From the IMG/VR virus record IMGVR_UViG_3300022891_000002, positions 86,361-150,360 of that record: a stretch of 64,000 bases of DNA; one strand, 5' to 3'. This document shows, in pieces, positions 20,634 through 30,564 of this stretch. The position numbers were made by a program, and so were the translations under genes. The notes under the pieces are model-generated. The model had not been told where the DNA came from, did no database searches, and saw only the letters and a list, made by a program, of their open reading frames with translations. This stretch comes from a virus. Each line of letters starts with the position of its first letter. Within the stretch, counting starts at the first letter, position 1.

Positions 20634-20855
20634 TTAATCCCGAAATGCTAAAGCTTCATTCCTAACTTCTTCCTCATATTCTCTATCTACAACTTTTATA
20701 AACTCATCTATAGCAGGTGAGTAGCTACCATAATATCCACAAAAATTAAAACATAGATTTTTACAAGTACCTTTGATGAAAGATATCCCGTTAAGCTTTG
20801 GATGAATTTCTACTTCTAATTTGTAACCTAAATACTCAACAATTAGCTTTTTCAT
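20634..20855 (-). CDS. HicB-like module protein
   Basis: VEYLGYKLEV...IKGTC...AIDEFIKVVDREY. Confidence 0.55.
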   Translation of the reverse strand: MKKLIVEYLGYKLEVEIHPKLNGISFIKGTCKNLCFNFCGYYGSYSPAIDEFIKVVDREYEEEVRNEALAFRD

Positions 20856-21024
20856 TTCTTTTTCCTCTCAATGTTCCAGATTAAGAAAATAACAGGTAAT
20901 AACAATAAAGCTGCAACAATAGGTAAGTCGAGCCATTCGTTACCCGTTAGTGAGTGATAAGTAGTTAGTTCAATCTCATCATGTTTTGAATGAAAATCTG
21001 CTCAGTGCCAATAGATAGGATTCA

Positions 21025-21261
21025 TTATCTACTCATCCAAAATAAATAACTGTTACTTTCACTTTCTCTTCGGTCATCTTCTTTCTTCCATAATCGGATA
21101 TATTCATTAACTAATCTTCTAAATTCAGGTATTACATAGTCATATCCTTTTGAAGTATTAACTGCGTAACAGATTTTATCACAGTTAGCTACTATACGAG
21201 TTCCTGCTTCTTGATGTACCTCTTCTAGTTCTAAGATGTAGTTTTTATATTCTAGTTTCAT
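21025..21261 (-). CDS. HicB-like module protein
   Basis: LEYKNYILEL...VIPEFRRLVNEYI. Confidence 0.55.
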   Translation of the reverse strand: MKLEYKNYILELEEVHQEAGTRIVANCDKICYAVNTSKGYDYVIPEFRRLVNEYIRLWKKEDDRRESESNSYLFWMSR

Positions 21262-21434
21262 TGTCTTCTCCTATAATTCCCACTTCTTTTTCATATTCTT
21301 CTTTACTCAACCATTCACTAGCTAAATCGTTCAGTAGTTCTTTAGCTAGATTTTCTAGTAACCAAGCTCTTTCTTTTAAAGGTTTCTTTTGAGCTTCTTC
21401 TAGTCGTCTTTTATATGTGTAATAGAAATCACTG

Positions 21435-21917
21435 TTAATACTCATCATCTATTTCTCCTATCATTTTATTAAGATAAATTACTTCCTTCTTCCATTTTTC
21501 TACTTCAGCTTGTAGTTGTATATTTTCTTCTGCTAACTGATTTTGATATTTATAGTTAATCTGGTTATCTACTTGTCTTTCTAATTCTGTTAGTAGATGA
21601 GTAAGGGAATCGGATTCCAATCCTATAACATCTATTTCGTCATTAAGCAATATATCCCCTACTAAAGTATTTCTCTCTGCGTCTAACCAAACTTTGAACT
21701 TGTAATCTCTATAATCAACCCAAAGAATATGGTTTTCTATTTCAGATAACAGCTTTTCTTCTTTTTTAATAGAAAGTAGTAAGTCAGCAACTAATTCTTG
21801 GATTGTTTCTATTACAGGATACTCATTACAAACCCTATCCCAACCATCATCATTAGTAATAGACTTGAAGTTTTTAACAATACTGCGATAACGTTGCATT
21901 TGCTTTTTACTATTCAT
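21435..21917 (-). CDS. Helical N-terminal module plus HicB-like module
   Basis: DYRDYKFKVWLDAERNTLVGDIL...DVIGLESDSLTHLLTELERQVD. Confidence 0.65.
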   Translation of the reverse strand: MNSKKQMQRYRSIVKNFKSITNDDGWDRVCNEYPVIETIQELVADLLLSIKKEEKLLSEIENHILWVDYRDYKFKVWLDAERNTLVGDILLNDEIDVIGLESDSLTHLLTELERQVDNQINYKYQNQLAEENIQLQAEVEKWKKEVIYLNKMIGEIDDEY

Positions 21918-23357
21918 TTCCTTCTCCGGATAAATCTAAATCATCTAATCTAACGAACTCTGAATTATCTTGTTTTGCCACTTCTACAGATACTTCAAAT
22001 GCTTCATGGTCAGGTAAATTTAATTCTTGAGTTGCAAAGTCGTAAGATGCTAAGTCAAACTCTGTTAAGTTAAGATTATTTGGGTCAGTCATAATTTTTC
22101 TCATCTTCTATTAATAGAAAATATTTAGAGCATAGTCATACTTATCTAACTCAATCTTTGTTTCTATGAATTGAGATAAATAATCTACTTGTTCTTGAGT
22201 AGTTATTTCTGCTCCATCTTCACCAAATATTAATCCTACTTCTTTTAGTTTTTTCTCGGTTATAGAGTTAGGTAATGCTTCTTCTCCTAATCTATCTTGA
22301 TAGTCTTCTTCTTCACTAATTTTGTTATACCAATTTAAGACTATTTCTTTAGTAAATTTCTCACTAAATGTATATTTATTCTCTTCTTCTTTTTGCTCAA
22401 TATAATCAAGCATTTGTTGAGCGATTCTATCTAGTTTCCTTATCGCTGTTCCACATTCAGGATGAAATGATAATCCTTTACCATCAATATAGTCTCTAAT
22501 TTCTTCTAACTGTTCACTAAATTCTTGATAAGTCATTGTTTTTCTCCCTATTAGAGAGCTTAGTTACTTTACTCTCATATAAACTACTAATTACTCTTTG
22601 TTAGCTATTTGGTTGTAGTAAATAAGTTCACCATCATCATTCAAATAACCTATTACTGAATAAGGGACTTTAGGAGAACTACTATAAGTAGAAGGAGAAT
22701 ATTGAATGGTGTTTTGACTAATTACCTCATTAATCTCTTTAGTATCTTTACCGTTATGAGAGTTAGTGATTGGTACATACTCCTCACAACTTCTGTATCC
22801 TCTAACCATGAAACCTGGAAGATATCTAACTAATGTATCTGGCTTTTCTCCTAAGAGGAGGTCTGCCGACTCTACAAATTCTGTATCTGGTTCGTTTTCA
22901 GAACGAGTCTCAGACGAGTTAAATACCATGTTGTCATTTAAATCTAAGTAACCTACTTGAACTAAAGCATTTTTAGTAGAAGAGCTATCTTTGTAGTAGC
23001 AAGAAGTTACATACTTGTATACTCCTCTTGTTTTCATTAGGATTTCTTTTTCCATTTTCTTTTCCTCAGTTTTGTTCAAAATAGATACAAGTCCTTCCTT
23101 CTCTTCTTGTTCTTTAATATGACTCAACATTTCTTTTGCTAGTTTCCAAAGTCCTTCTATATTACAATGGCTACTCCAATCTTCTTCTTGCCTTAGTATC
23201 TCACGTTCAAAATGTTTATAAGTCATTTGTTCTCTCCTTTAGTTAACAAGCCTATCGTAATAAATCACTTCTACTATTCCTGCTTTATGCTCTACATAAC
23301 CAATAACTCCTTTTCTTACCTGAAGTAATTGCTTAGATATATCTGGCATGGTTTCTC

Positions 23358-23936
23358 CTATTCGTAAATAGTTCTAAATGTAAGATTAATTCTCGGTTCT
23401 ACTTTCCTAGATGTCTTAAGAATTGAGTGTTGCCAATAATGTTGAGTTTCTCCTCTCATGACTAATAAACTTCCAGATGTAAGAGAGATAGATTCTTTAT
23501 AGTCTAAGTATTTGTGCTTTAATTTGAAGTCTCTAGTAGCACCAAAACTAATAGAAGCAATTACAGGATTTCTACCTAACTCTTTTTCATCGTCAGAATG
23601 CCAAGAAACAAAATCTTGACCATCTCGATAGAGATTTAGTAGAACACTATTAAACGGATGAACCACTCTTTCTTCTACCGCAGATTTTAGAGATAAAAGA
23701 GTTGGAGTCCAAGCATTTGGTTCTAATCTAAGTCCTGAATAAGTGTAAGGTGCGTCCCCATACCAAGCTGTTAACCTAGGAATTTGTACTTCTCTTCCTG
23801 AAAAGTTGAGAGTTTTAGTTTCCCATTTGATGTCTTTTAGTAGTTTAGTGTAGAAGTAGTGACTATCAAACTCATCAAAGAAGTTAGGATAATAAGTAAT
23901 ATCCGAGTTGGGCAAGTCATAAGTTATAGTGTTCAT
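23358..23936 (-). CDS. AlkB-family 2OG-Fe(II) dioxygenase (ALKBH2/3-like)
   Basis: PRLTAWYG, FNSVLLNLYRDG, WHSDDE, WQHSI, RINLTFR. Confidence 0.95.
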   Translation of the reverse strand: MNTITYDLPNSDITYYPNFFDEFDSHYFYTKLLKDIKWETKTLNFSGREVQIPRLTAWYGDAPYTYSGLRLEPNAWTPTLLSLKSAVEERVVHPFNSVLLNLYRDGQDFVSWHSDDEKELGRNPVIASISFGATRDFKLKHKYLDYKESISLTSGSLLVMRGETQHYWQHSILKTSRKVEPRINLTFRTIYE

Positions 23937-24724
23937 AAGAAGAAAGACTCCCTATTATTAGTAGAGAGCCTTATAAGTTGGGTAGGGAGTTAGTTAGAAG
24001 TTGAAAGGATTATCTTTCTCTTCATTTTTAAGTTTTGCTAGCGCTTCTTGATATTCTTTAGATTCTCTTACTTTAGCTACCATCTCTTCCATAGCTTCAT
24101 TTTCTGTGAGATATACTGTTTTCTTTACTATTTCTACCTCAGGAGTTCTAGCAAAGATGTTTAACTTAAGAAATGCTCGGACAATAGATTCTCTTACGCT
24201 CATGAGTTATTCTCCTATTTTGAGTTTAGATATAAAACTATAGTAGTTTGCTTTATCTACATCATCTCTTACACCGTTTTCTGCTTCTTCCTCTTCTTTA
24301 CTTATTTGAACTACTCTAGGGTCTTCAGGATATCCATACCAACCTCCAGATACTAATTTAAAGTAACTCTTACATTCCTCACATTGAATAGTAATAGCTT
24401 CCCAACCCGATTCTACTAAACTAGAACTTTCATATATTCCTACGTTTTCAGTTTTACAGATAGGACAAATTTCTAGTTGATTGCTTATTATTTCGTTGCA
24501 AACATCACAGCAAATGTCAGAATCTAACTCTACTTCATAAACTTTTCTTACTTGCCAGGTACTAAGAGTCTCTCTATACTGAGCTTTCATTAGTAACTTT
24601 TCTTCTTTAGTTTTCTCTCTGTATTTCTCATCTATCTCTTTTTGTCTTTCAATTTGGTTAAACTCCCACTTCTGCATTATGTCAAAGATATTATCTGGAA
24701 GTATACCCATAACTATTCTCCTCA

Positions 24725-25249
24725 TTAATCGTAAGTCACATCTCTAGCTTGTTTATATGTAGGTCTTAGCTCTTTTAAACCACTACTTCCCCACCCTTTA
24801 TCACCTCTGTCTTTATTTGGCAAGTCTTCTACTAGATTGAAGTTAATATCTGCTCGACTAGCTACTTGAATTTGAGCTACTCTGTCTCCAACTTCATAAG
24901 GAGGTAACTCAGGAACTACATGATAAAAGACAATTGAGTATTCTCCAGTATATCCTTCATCTCCCGTTCCAATCCCGTTAGATAGAACTAATCCCGTTTT
25001 GGAGATAGAACTACGTGAACGAATTTGTAGCTCTGTATTTGGAGGAAGGTCAAGAGCAAAACCTAAGTGATATTTATATCCGTAAAGTTTATTACCTAGA
25101 TAAACTCCTTTTTCTTTTATTATCGGAAATAATAACTCTTCTCTTCCAACAGCTACAACATCGTAACAAGAGTCAGATGGATTAGCTTTTGTGGGGACTT
25201 TAGCATTTGGATGTAGAAGTTTGATGCCTACTTGATGTGTTTGTGTCAT
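24725..25249 (-). CDS. dut: Trimeric dUTPase
   Basis: RSRSS, G.GDEGYTGE, GDRVAQ, RGDKGWGSSG. Confidence 0.95.
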   Translation of the reverse strand: MTQTHQVGIKLLHPNAKVPTKANPSDSCYDVVAVGREELLFPIIKEKGVYLGNKLYGYKYHLGFALDLPPNTELQIRSRSSISKTGLVLSNGIGTGDEGYTGEYSIVFYHVVPELPPYEVGDRVAQIQVASRADINFNLVEDLPNKDRGDKGWGSSGLKELRPTYKQARDVTYD

Positions 25250-25252
25250 ATT

Positions 25253-25696
25253 TTATTTTAATGAGTTTAACCAATTCTCACGTAATTGAATAGACGTAAG
25301 TAAATCCTCTAAATCAATTTGAATGTCTAACTCTTCCCATTGAATTGCCCTGTCACCTAAGAGACTTACTTTTTCTATTTGTTCTTCAGTTTTACCTTTT
25401 AAACATTTAAACTCACTAATTTCTACAGTAAACCCGGTAAAGTGTTTTTGACCTGAGACTCTATATTCTTTCTCTAATTCAAAGAGTAAGTTTAGACTTT
25501 TAGTAGATTTCCAATACTCTACTTCAAAGATTTTCCAATATATTTCTTTGTGCTTTTCCTTAGCTACTTTGATTTGGTCTTGTAGTTCTTGGTTATTCAG
25601 CCAAAAAGTATCATCTAACTCAGGAATATCAGACGTATCAATGGCAGATTCTGGAATATTCTCTAATTCTTCAAGTCGTTTGCGCGAGATAGTCAT
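25253..25696 (-). CDS. Chimera of a BrnA-type antitoxin N-terminus and a DUF2442-like domain
   Basis: IDTSDIPELDDTFW at the N-terminus; LKGKTEEQ...AIQWEELDIQIDLEDLL at the C-terminus. Confidence 0.65.
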   Translation of the reverse strand: MTISRKRLEELENIPESAIDTSDIPELDDTFWLNNQELQDQIKVAKEKHKEIYWKIFEVEYWKSTKSLNLLFELEKEYRVSGQKHFTGFTVEISEFKCLKGKTEEQIEKVSLLGDRAIQWEELDIQIDLEDLLTSIQLRENWLNSLK

Positions 25697-25772
25697 CTAC
25701 TCAACTCCAATATAAAGATAATCCACAAAACTAAGATAATAACAAAAGCTACAACTGTTATTAGTGTTTCTG

Positions 25773-26066
25773 TCATACTAATCTCTCATTGTCTAACTCT
25801 ATAAAATCCGGATACTTCTTCCAATTATCTTTGTGAATTCCGTAAGCTTTATCTATGTTTATTACTGCTCCTTCATAGTCCGCACTTATCATCAAGTTAT
25901 AACCGGAACAAAAAGATAGAACTACTAAGAAAATAGAAGCAGTAGAAGTAGTAATCACATAAGAACTACTATCCTCTACTAAGAACTTCTCTAATTGTTT
26001 CCTTACTTGATATTCAGAATGAGGTAAGCTATCTCTCTTGTAAGAAAATACAACTATCTTGTTCAT
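25773..26066 (-). CDS. Hypothetical protein, paralog of 27105-27446
   Basis: Both begin MNK.V.F.YKRDSLPHSEYQV and share TSTA.IF. Confidence 0.7.
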   Translation of the reverse strand: MNKIVVFSYKRDSLPHSEYQVRKQLEKFLVEDSSSYVITTSTASIFLVVLSFCSGYNLMISADYEGAVINIDKAYGIHKDNWKKYPDFIELDNERLV

Positions 26067-26305
26067 AATCTAGGAGTCTGTTCGTGTAAAATATAAAGCC
26101 AACTTTCATCACATCTATATACCTGAGCTAAAGTAGGTATTAACCAACAGTAGTTACCTTGATTATTTTCCATTTCTTCCACTTGTTCAAAAGTTAGAGC
26201 TATTCCATGAATGTCTCTTAAGACTTTTATCAAATCACCAATACTCATACAATGCTGAGTTCTAGCTTGGAAGATGATATTACCGAAATAGATTGGTTGT
26301 TGCAT
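26063..26305 (-). CDS. Probable XRE-family HTH protein
   Basis: FGNIIFQAR...MSIGDL...QVEEMENN...LAQVY. Confidence 0.5.
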   Translation of the reverse strand: MQQPIYFGNIIFQARTQHCMSIGDLIKVLRDIHGIALTFEQVEEMENNQGNYCWLIPTLAQVYRCDESWLYILHEQTPRL

Positions 26306-27747
26306 TTAAATTACCTCTAAGAGAACTTTAAGAGAAACTATGATTACCGTTATTACTATTCCGAAAAATCCAGCTATCAAGAAAGGGGAGATGTCATAGT
26401 CAACTTTAGATATCCAATCAATGACAAAAGCAAAGAGAATACTATAAATAGATAAAGCTAGAATTCCTGTGACTATTAATTCAAGAGATGTCATCTTCAC
26501 TCACTAATAGAGAAATCATAAAACCGATTGAAACTGCATAAAGAGTAGCAGTAAATCCAAAGAAAGCTAGGTCTATTGCGTTCATACAATTAATAGAAAT
26601 AGAAGATAAGCAAAACTTATAATATAGACAAAACAGATAAGTCCGATAAATAAAAGCATTAGCTACCTTCAATAATCTCAATTAACTTAAGAATTCCAAA
26701 GATAAGAAAAAAGAAAAATCCAACCCAATAAAAGAAAGCCATAATTTTACTCCAAATTTAATAAATAATACCCAACAAATAGTCCTAGAAAAAACGAGAA
26801 AATAATAACTACTGCAATTTCAAAAGGAAGGATTATCAATAAAGCAGCCATTACAAAACCTGTTAACAATCCCGGAATAGAGATGTACCAGTTGTTTCTC
26901 ATACTTTCTCCTTGAAGACTTCACTACAGTAAACCCAGTCTTCTACTGTATCCCCAGCTACATCAAAAGTATTGCTACCGTGATATGAGTACCATCGTTT
27001 ATCCCAGACATCATAGTAAACTACTTCATGCCATCGTGATAACCCTAATTCAGATATTCTACTGATAATAGCTAGTACAGGTTCAAACTCTTCTGGTGGT
27101 TGTTTCATTTCAAAACCCAAGTATAGTTCTTAAGGTCATCTTCAGAAGTCAAAAATAAGATTTCAAACGCTTTGTCTTCAATTTCAAAATCAAAACAGTT
27201 AGACCAATCGTTCATTTCCATACTTTTATCTAGTTTTAATTCCAAATCTTCGTAGTAAGTAACTAGAGATAATCTATGAAGACGACAGAAAGCTCTAACT
27301 ATGCTAAAGATTACCGCAGTTGAAGTAGATATCTTATATTCTTTTCTGTCTTCATCTTCTAGAAACTTATTAAAAGATTGTACTACTTGATATTCAGAAT
27401 GAGGTAAACTATCTCTTTTATAGTAGAAATAAACTGTTTTGTTCATAACTTATTCTCCTAGTTATATAAGAGGAGCTTATAAGAAACCCCTCTTAGTTAT
27501 TGTTTACTTATAAATCCATCAAACTCTCATCTAATTCATCAGTATCTATTCGGATTTTTGCTACCTCTTCTAGAAAGTTAGCTAAACATACACCTTCACT
27601 ACCGAAATTATCTTTTGATTCTAGCCATTCATTTTTAGTAGAATCTAAAAGATATCTCCAAGTATAAGTGTAGTATCCGTAAACATCTCTAGTGCTAATA
27701 ATCTTAAATACTTCTGTCTCCATTATCTTTTCTCCGGCAGTAAGCAA

Positions 27748-28476
27748 TCAGTAATAAGAAGGAAGATTTTGATTATCTAACTCAAAAAAGGCAGGCATTA
27801 CGTAATTGGCTGTGTCTGATAATTCAGAGGCAACTCCTTGATATAGCAATGTGTCGCTAGATTTCAACCACACATCAGGAAAACCGAACTTACCAGGAGA
27901 ATTTAGAGTTTCTACAATCCACTCTACAGTACGTTTACGTAAACTATCAAGCGATTTAGAATAGCTATATCCTAAGTCCGCAGCAATTTGTCTGTTAGTA
28001 GAGACGTGAATATTTTCATCGTTAGAAATATCACGACTAACTAATCTTAAACCTGCGTCACCAAATTTACGGAGGATAGGAAGGATTACAAAAAATACAC
28101 TATTCTCAATCACCCAAGCTTTTACTACTGGGTGGTCAGGATGGTCAATCCATTCTTTAGTTATAATACTCGCTTCATTCTCCATATTCTCATCTGTCAA
28201 CTGATATACAGAATGAGCCATATTTAAGACTTCATCGTGACGAAATTCATCTTCAATATTAGATTGCAATAGTTTAATAGCATCCTCGGATAGTCTTGAC
28301 ATCTCACGTTTACATCCTAATAGAATCCAATCTCCTACAGGAATTTCTAATGTTCGTAACGCGATTGCACGTCCAATAGTTTCTTCTGACCCTTCCATTA
28401 CGGGAGATGGTTTACCGACGTTAGGTGTCCAAGGCTTCTTTTTAGCCAATAATTCAGAATAGAATGTATTTGTCAT
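27748..28476 (-). CDS. nrdB: Ribonucleotide reductase class I beta subunit, cyanophage P-SSP7 type
   Basis: Ferritin-like ligands LEIPV, DEFRH, IENSVFF, DENIH; adjacent to the alpha subunit. Confidence 0.85.
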   Translation of the reverse strand: MTNTFYSELLAKKKPWTPNVGKPSPVMEGSEETIGRAIALRTLEIPVGDWILLGCKREMSRLSEDAIKLLQSNIEDEFRHDEVLNMAHSVYQLTDENMENEASIITKEWIDHPDHPVVKAWVIENSVFFVILPILRKFGDAGLRLVSRDISNDENIHVSTNRQIAADLGYSYSKSLDSLRKRTVEWIVETLNSPGKFGFPDVWLKSSDTLLYQGVASELSDTANYVMPAFFELDNQNLPSYY

Positions 28477-28503
28477 TATTTTATATTTTATAGTTAGTTA
28501 GCG

Positions 28504-29880
28504 TTATTCAGCACAAGAAGTACATAACCCATCAAGGTTACACGACTCTACAGCAGTTGAAATATTATCCTCTGTGATTACACGACTCTTATCTAGAAAA
28601 TCTTGCTCAATAGGTAAACGATAGTAAGTAGTTTTAAGTGGAGATGCCAACCAATCTGCAATGAAATCTTTATCTACTGTACAAGTGTTCCAAATGTTGA
28701 AACTAATCGCATGAGCCAAACCTGTTCTATCCATCATACTTTGCCATGCTTTCATCAATCGATATTGAACATCCCAACCAACCTCTCTTGCTGTTTCACC
28801 TTTAGGGTTATGTTCATAATTTGTAACTCCAAAAGTACCGCTATCCCGGTCAACTATATTGTTAATTGGAGGGCTAATTTCTGGAGCAGTAGTAAACATC
28901 TCTCTGTCACGGTTACGATAAGCCACAGAGGCAGTAGGAGCAATTGTAAAAGCACGTTGCATCCCATGTTTACACGCTACAATCTTAGCTTTATCAAACC
29001 CCTCTAATAAAGCATCTACAATAGCAACAGCATTAGATGATAGGGAAGTAGATGAATTTTCAATATTGTATACTCTATTTTCTAACGCATCTACAAACTC
29101 TGAATATTTAACTTCTTCAATAGCGAGCAAATTAGCTAATCCTAACACTCCTAAACCCACTTGCTTATCCTCGTTAGGTGATAAATATAATCCTTGTTTA
29201 TCCACACCAGTTTGAGGATGTAACTCACATAGAAATTTCATTCCATCTTCAAAAGCCTGGGCAATTTCATCAATCTTACACTTACCTAAATTAGTGTGGG
29301 AAAGTAGGCAAGAAGCTCTAGACGAAATTATTATTTCCATGCACACGTTAGAGTAGAGACGATTACCGTCTTTATCCCATTGTTTCTTAGCTAACCATAC
29401 TGACCCGTCTCTAACTTTCTGAATAATAAGGTCAATATGAGGTGATTCTAATAAATTTTCATCTACATACAGAGATTTCTTAGCCCAAGGTAAATCTTTA
29501 GGAGTAGCATTTAAAAAATCAACTAGGTCACTGTGATTGTAATCGAGATATACAACAACAGCCCCATTCTTATAGATACCTCCACGTCTTAGAATCTCGT
29601 TGAGTTGGCTATAGATTTGAGCAAAACTAACTGCACCACTCGCAACCAAACCTTTGCTATTAGTCGTACCTTTTGAACGTATATTAGACAAGTTAATTGC
29701 CACACCAGCACCATATCTTAGAGCGCCACTGGTAAATAACCAACTTTGTTCAATCCCGTCTTTCCCTTCCATACTATCTTGCACATCAAACACGGTACAG
29801 GATACTGGAAGCCTGCCATCTGGGTTTTTCATCCAATCAGATACGCGACCTGTAACAGCAATATTTTTAGGTTTTTTCAT
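28504..29880 (-). CDS. nrdA: Ribonucleotide reductase alpha subunit, short cyanophage P-SSP7 type
   Basis: RLPVSCTVF, LRRGG.YKNGA, NVCMEI, GLGVLGLAN, IAPTAS, C-terminal CTSCAE. Confidence 0.9.
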   Translation of the reverse strand: MKKPKNIAVTGRVSDWMKNPDGRLPVSCTVFDVQDSMEGKDGIEQSWLFTSGALRYGAGVAINLSNIRSKGTTNSKGLVASGAVSFAQIYSQLNEILRRGGIYKNGAVVVYLDYNHSDLVDFLNATPKDLPWAKKSLYVDENLLESPHIDLIIQKVRDGSVWLAKKQWDKDGNRLYSNVCMEIIISSRASCLLSHTNLGKCKIDEIAQAFEDGMKFLCELHPQTGVDKQGLYLSPNEDKQVGLGVLGLANLLAIEEVKYSEFVDALENRVYNIENSSTSLSSNAVAIVDALLEGFDKAKIVACKHGMQRAFTIAPTASVAYRNRDREMFTTAPEISPPINNIVDRDSGTFGVTNYEHNPKGETAREVGWDVQYRLMKAWQSMMDRTGLAHAISFNIWNTCTVDKDFIADWLASPLKTTYYRLPIEQDFLDKSRVITEDNISTAVESCNLDGLCTSCAE

Positions 29881-30564
29881 AATTCTATTTCTCTTCTTTA
29901 ATTGGTAAGTAAGTATTTACAATCCCGGCAGTAAAATCAGTCAAACCTAGCTGTATCAATTTCTCTTTTACATAACTTCTATCAATTTTTTTATACTTAA
30001 CCGACACTAACTCGTTTTGTTCAAATTCATACAAAGCTTCAAGAACTAACCAGATTCCTTCATATTGACCAGAGAAGAAAGCAATTGTAGCACTATCCAT
30101 TTAGTTAACCTCTCAGCTCACTAATAAATCGTTTGTATCTAAATAGTCTTGTACTAAATCTAGAATCTTGGAAGCTAAAGGTAATTTCCCCTGTACATAA
30201 GATTCATCACCTTTATAGGGATTATTAGTAATAAGCTCATTAGCTATTAGTAAAGCTATTTTCTTTTTTAACTCCTCTTTAGTTATCTTGTAGTAGTTAT
30301 TAATGATTGGTTCGACATACTCAGTAAGTTCTAATTCAGTTAATTTATCAATTACGTACTTTTTAGTTGGATAGACAGTAAACCCATCTTTCTCACTAAG
30401 TTGTTGCAATACTTCCATTACACCTTCTACTTTGGCAGATTCATAGTTACTCATCTCATTCACCTACACTGGTTTTGATATTTTAACGTTCTTATATTAG
30501 TAGATTACGACTGATAAGCTATTCATTATTCTCTAAGTCTTTCTATTAGGTTTGTTTATGACGA

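Noticed and set aside
9666-21917. Diversity-generating retroelement as the source of the HicB-like variants
   Set aside because: No reverse transcriptase and no near-identical template/variable repeat pair; the copies are highly diverged at DNA level.
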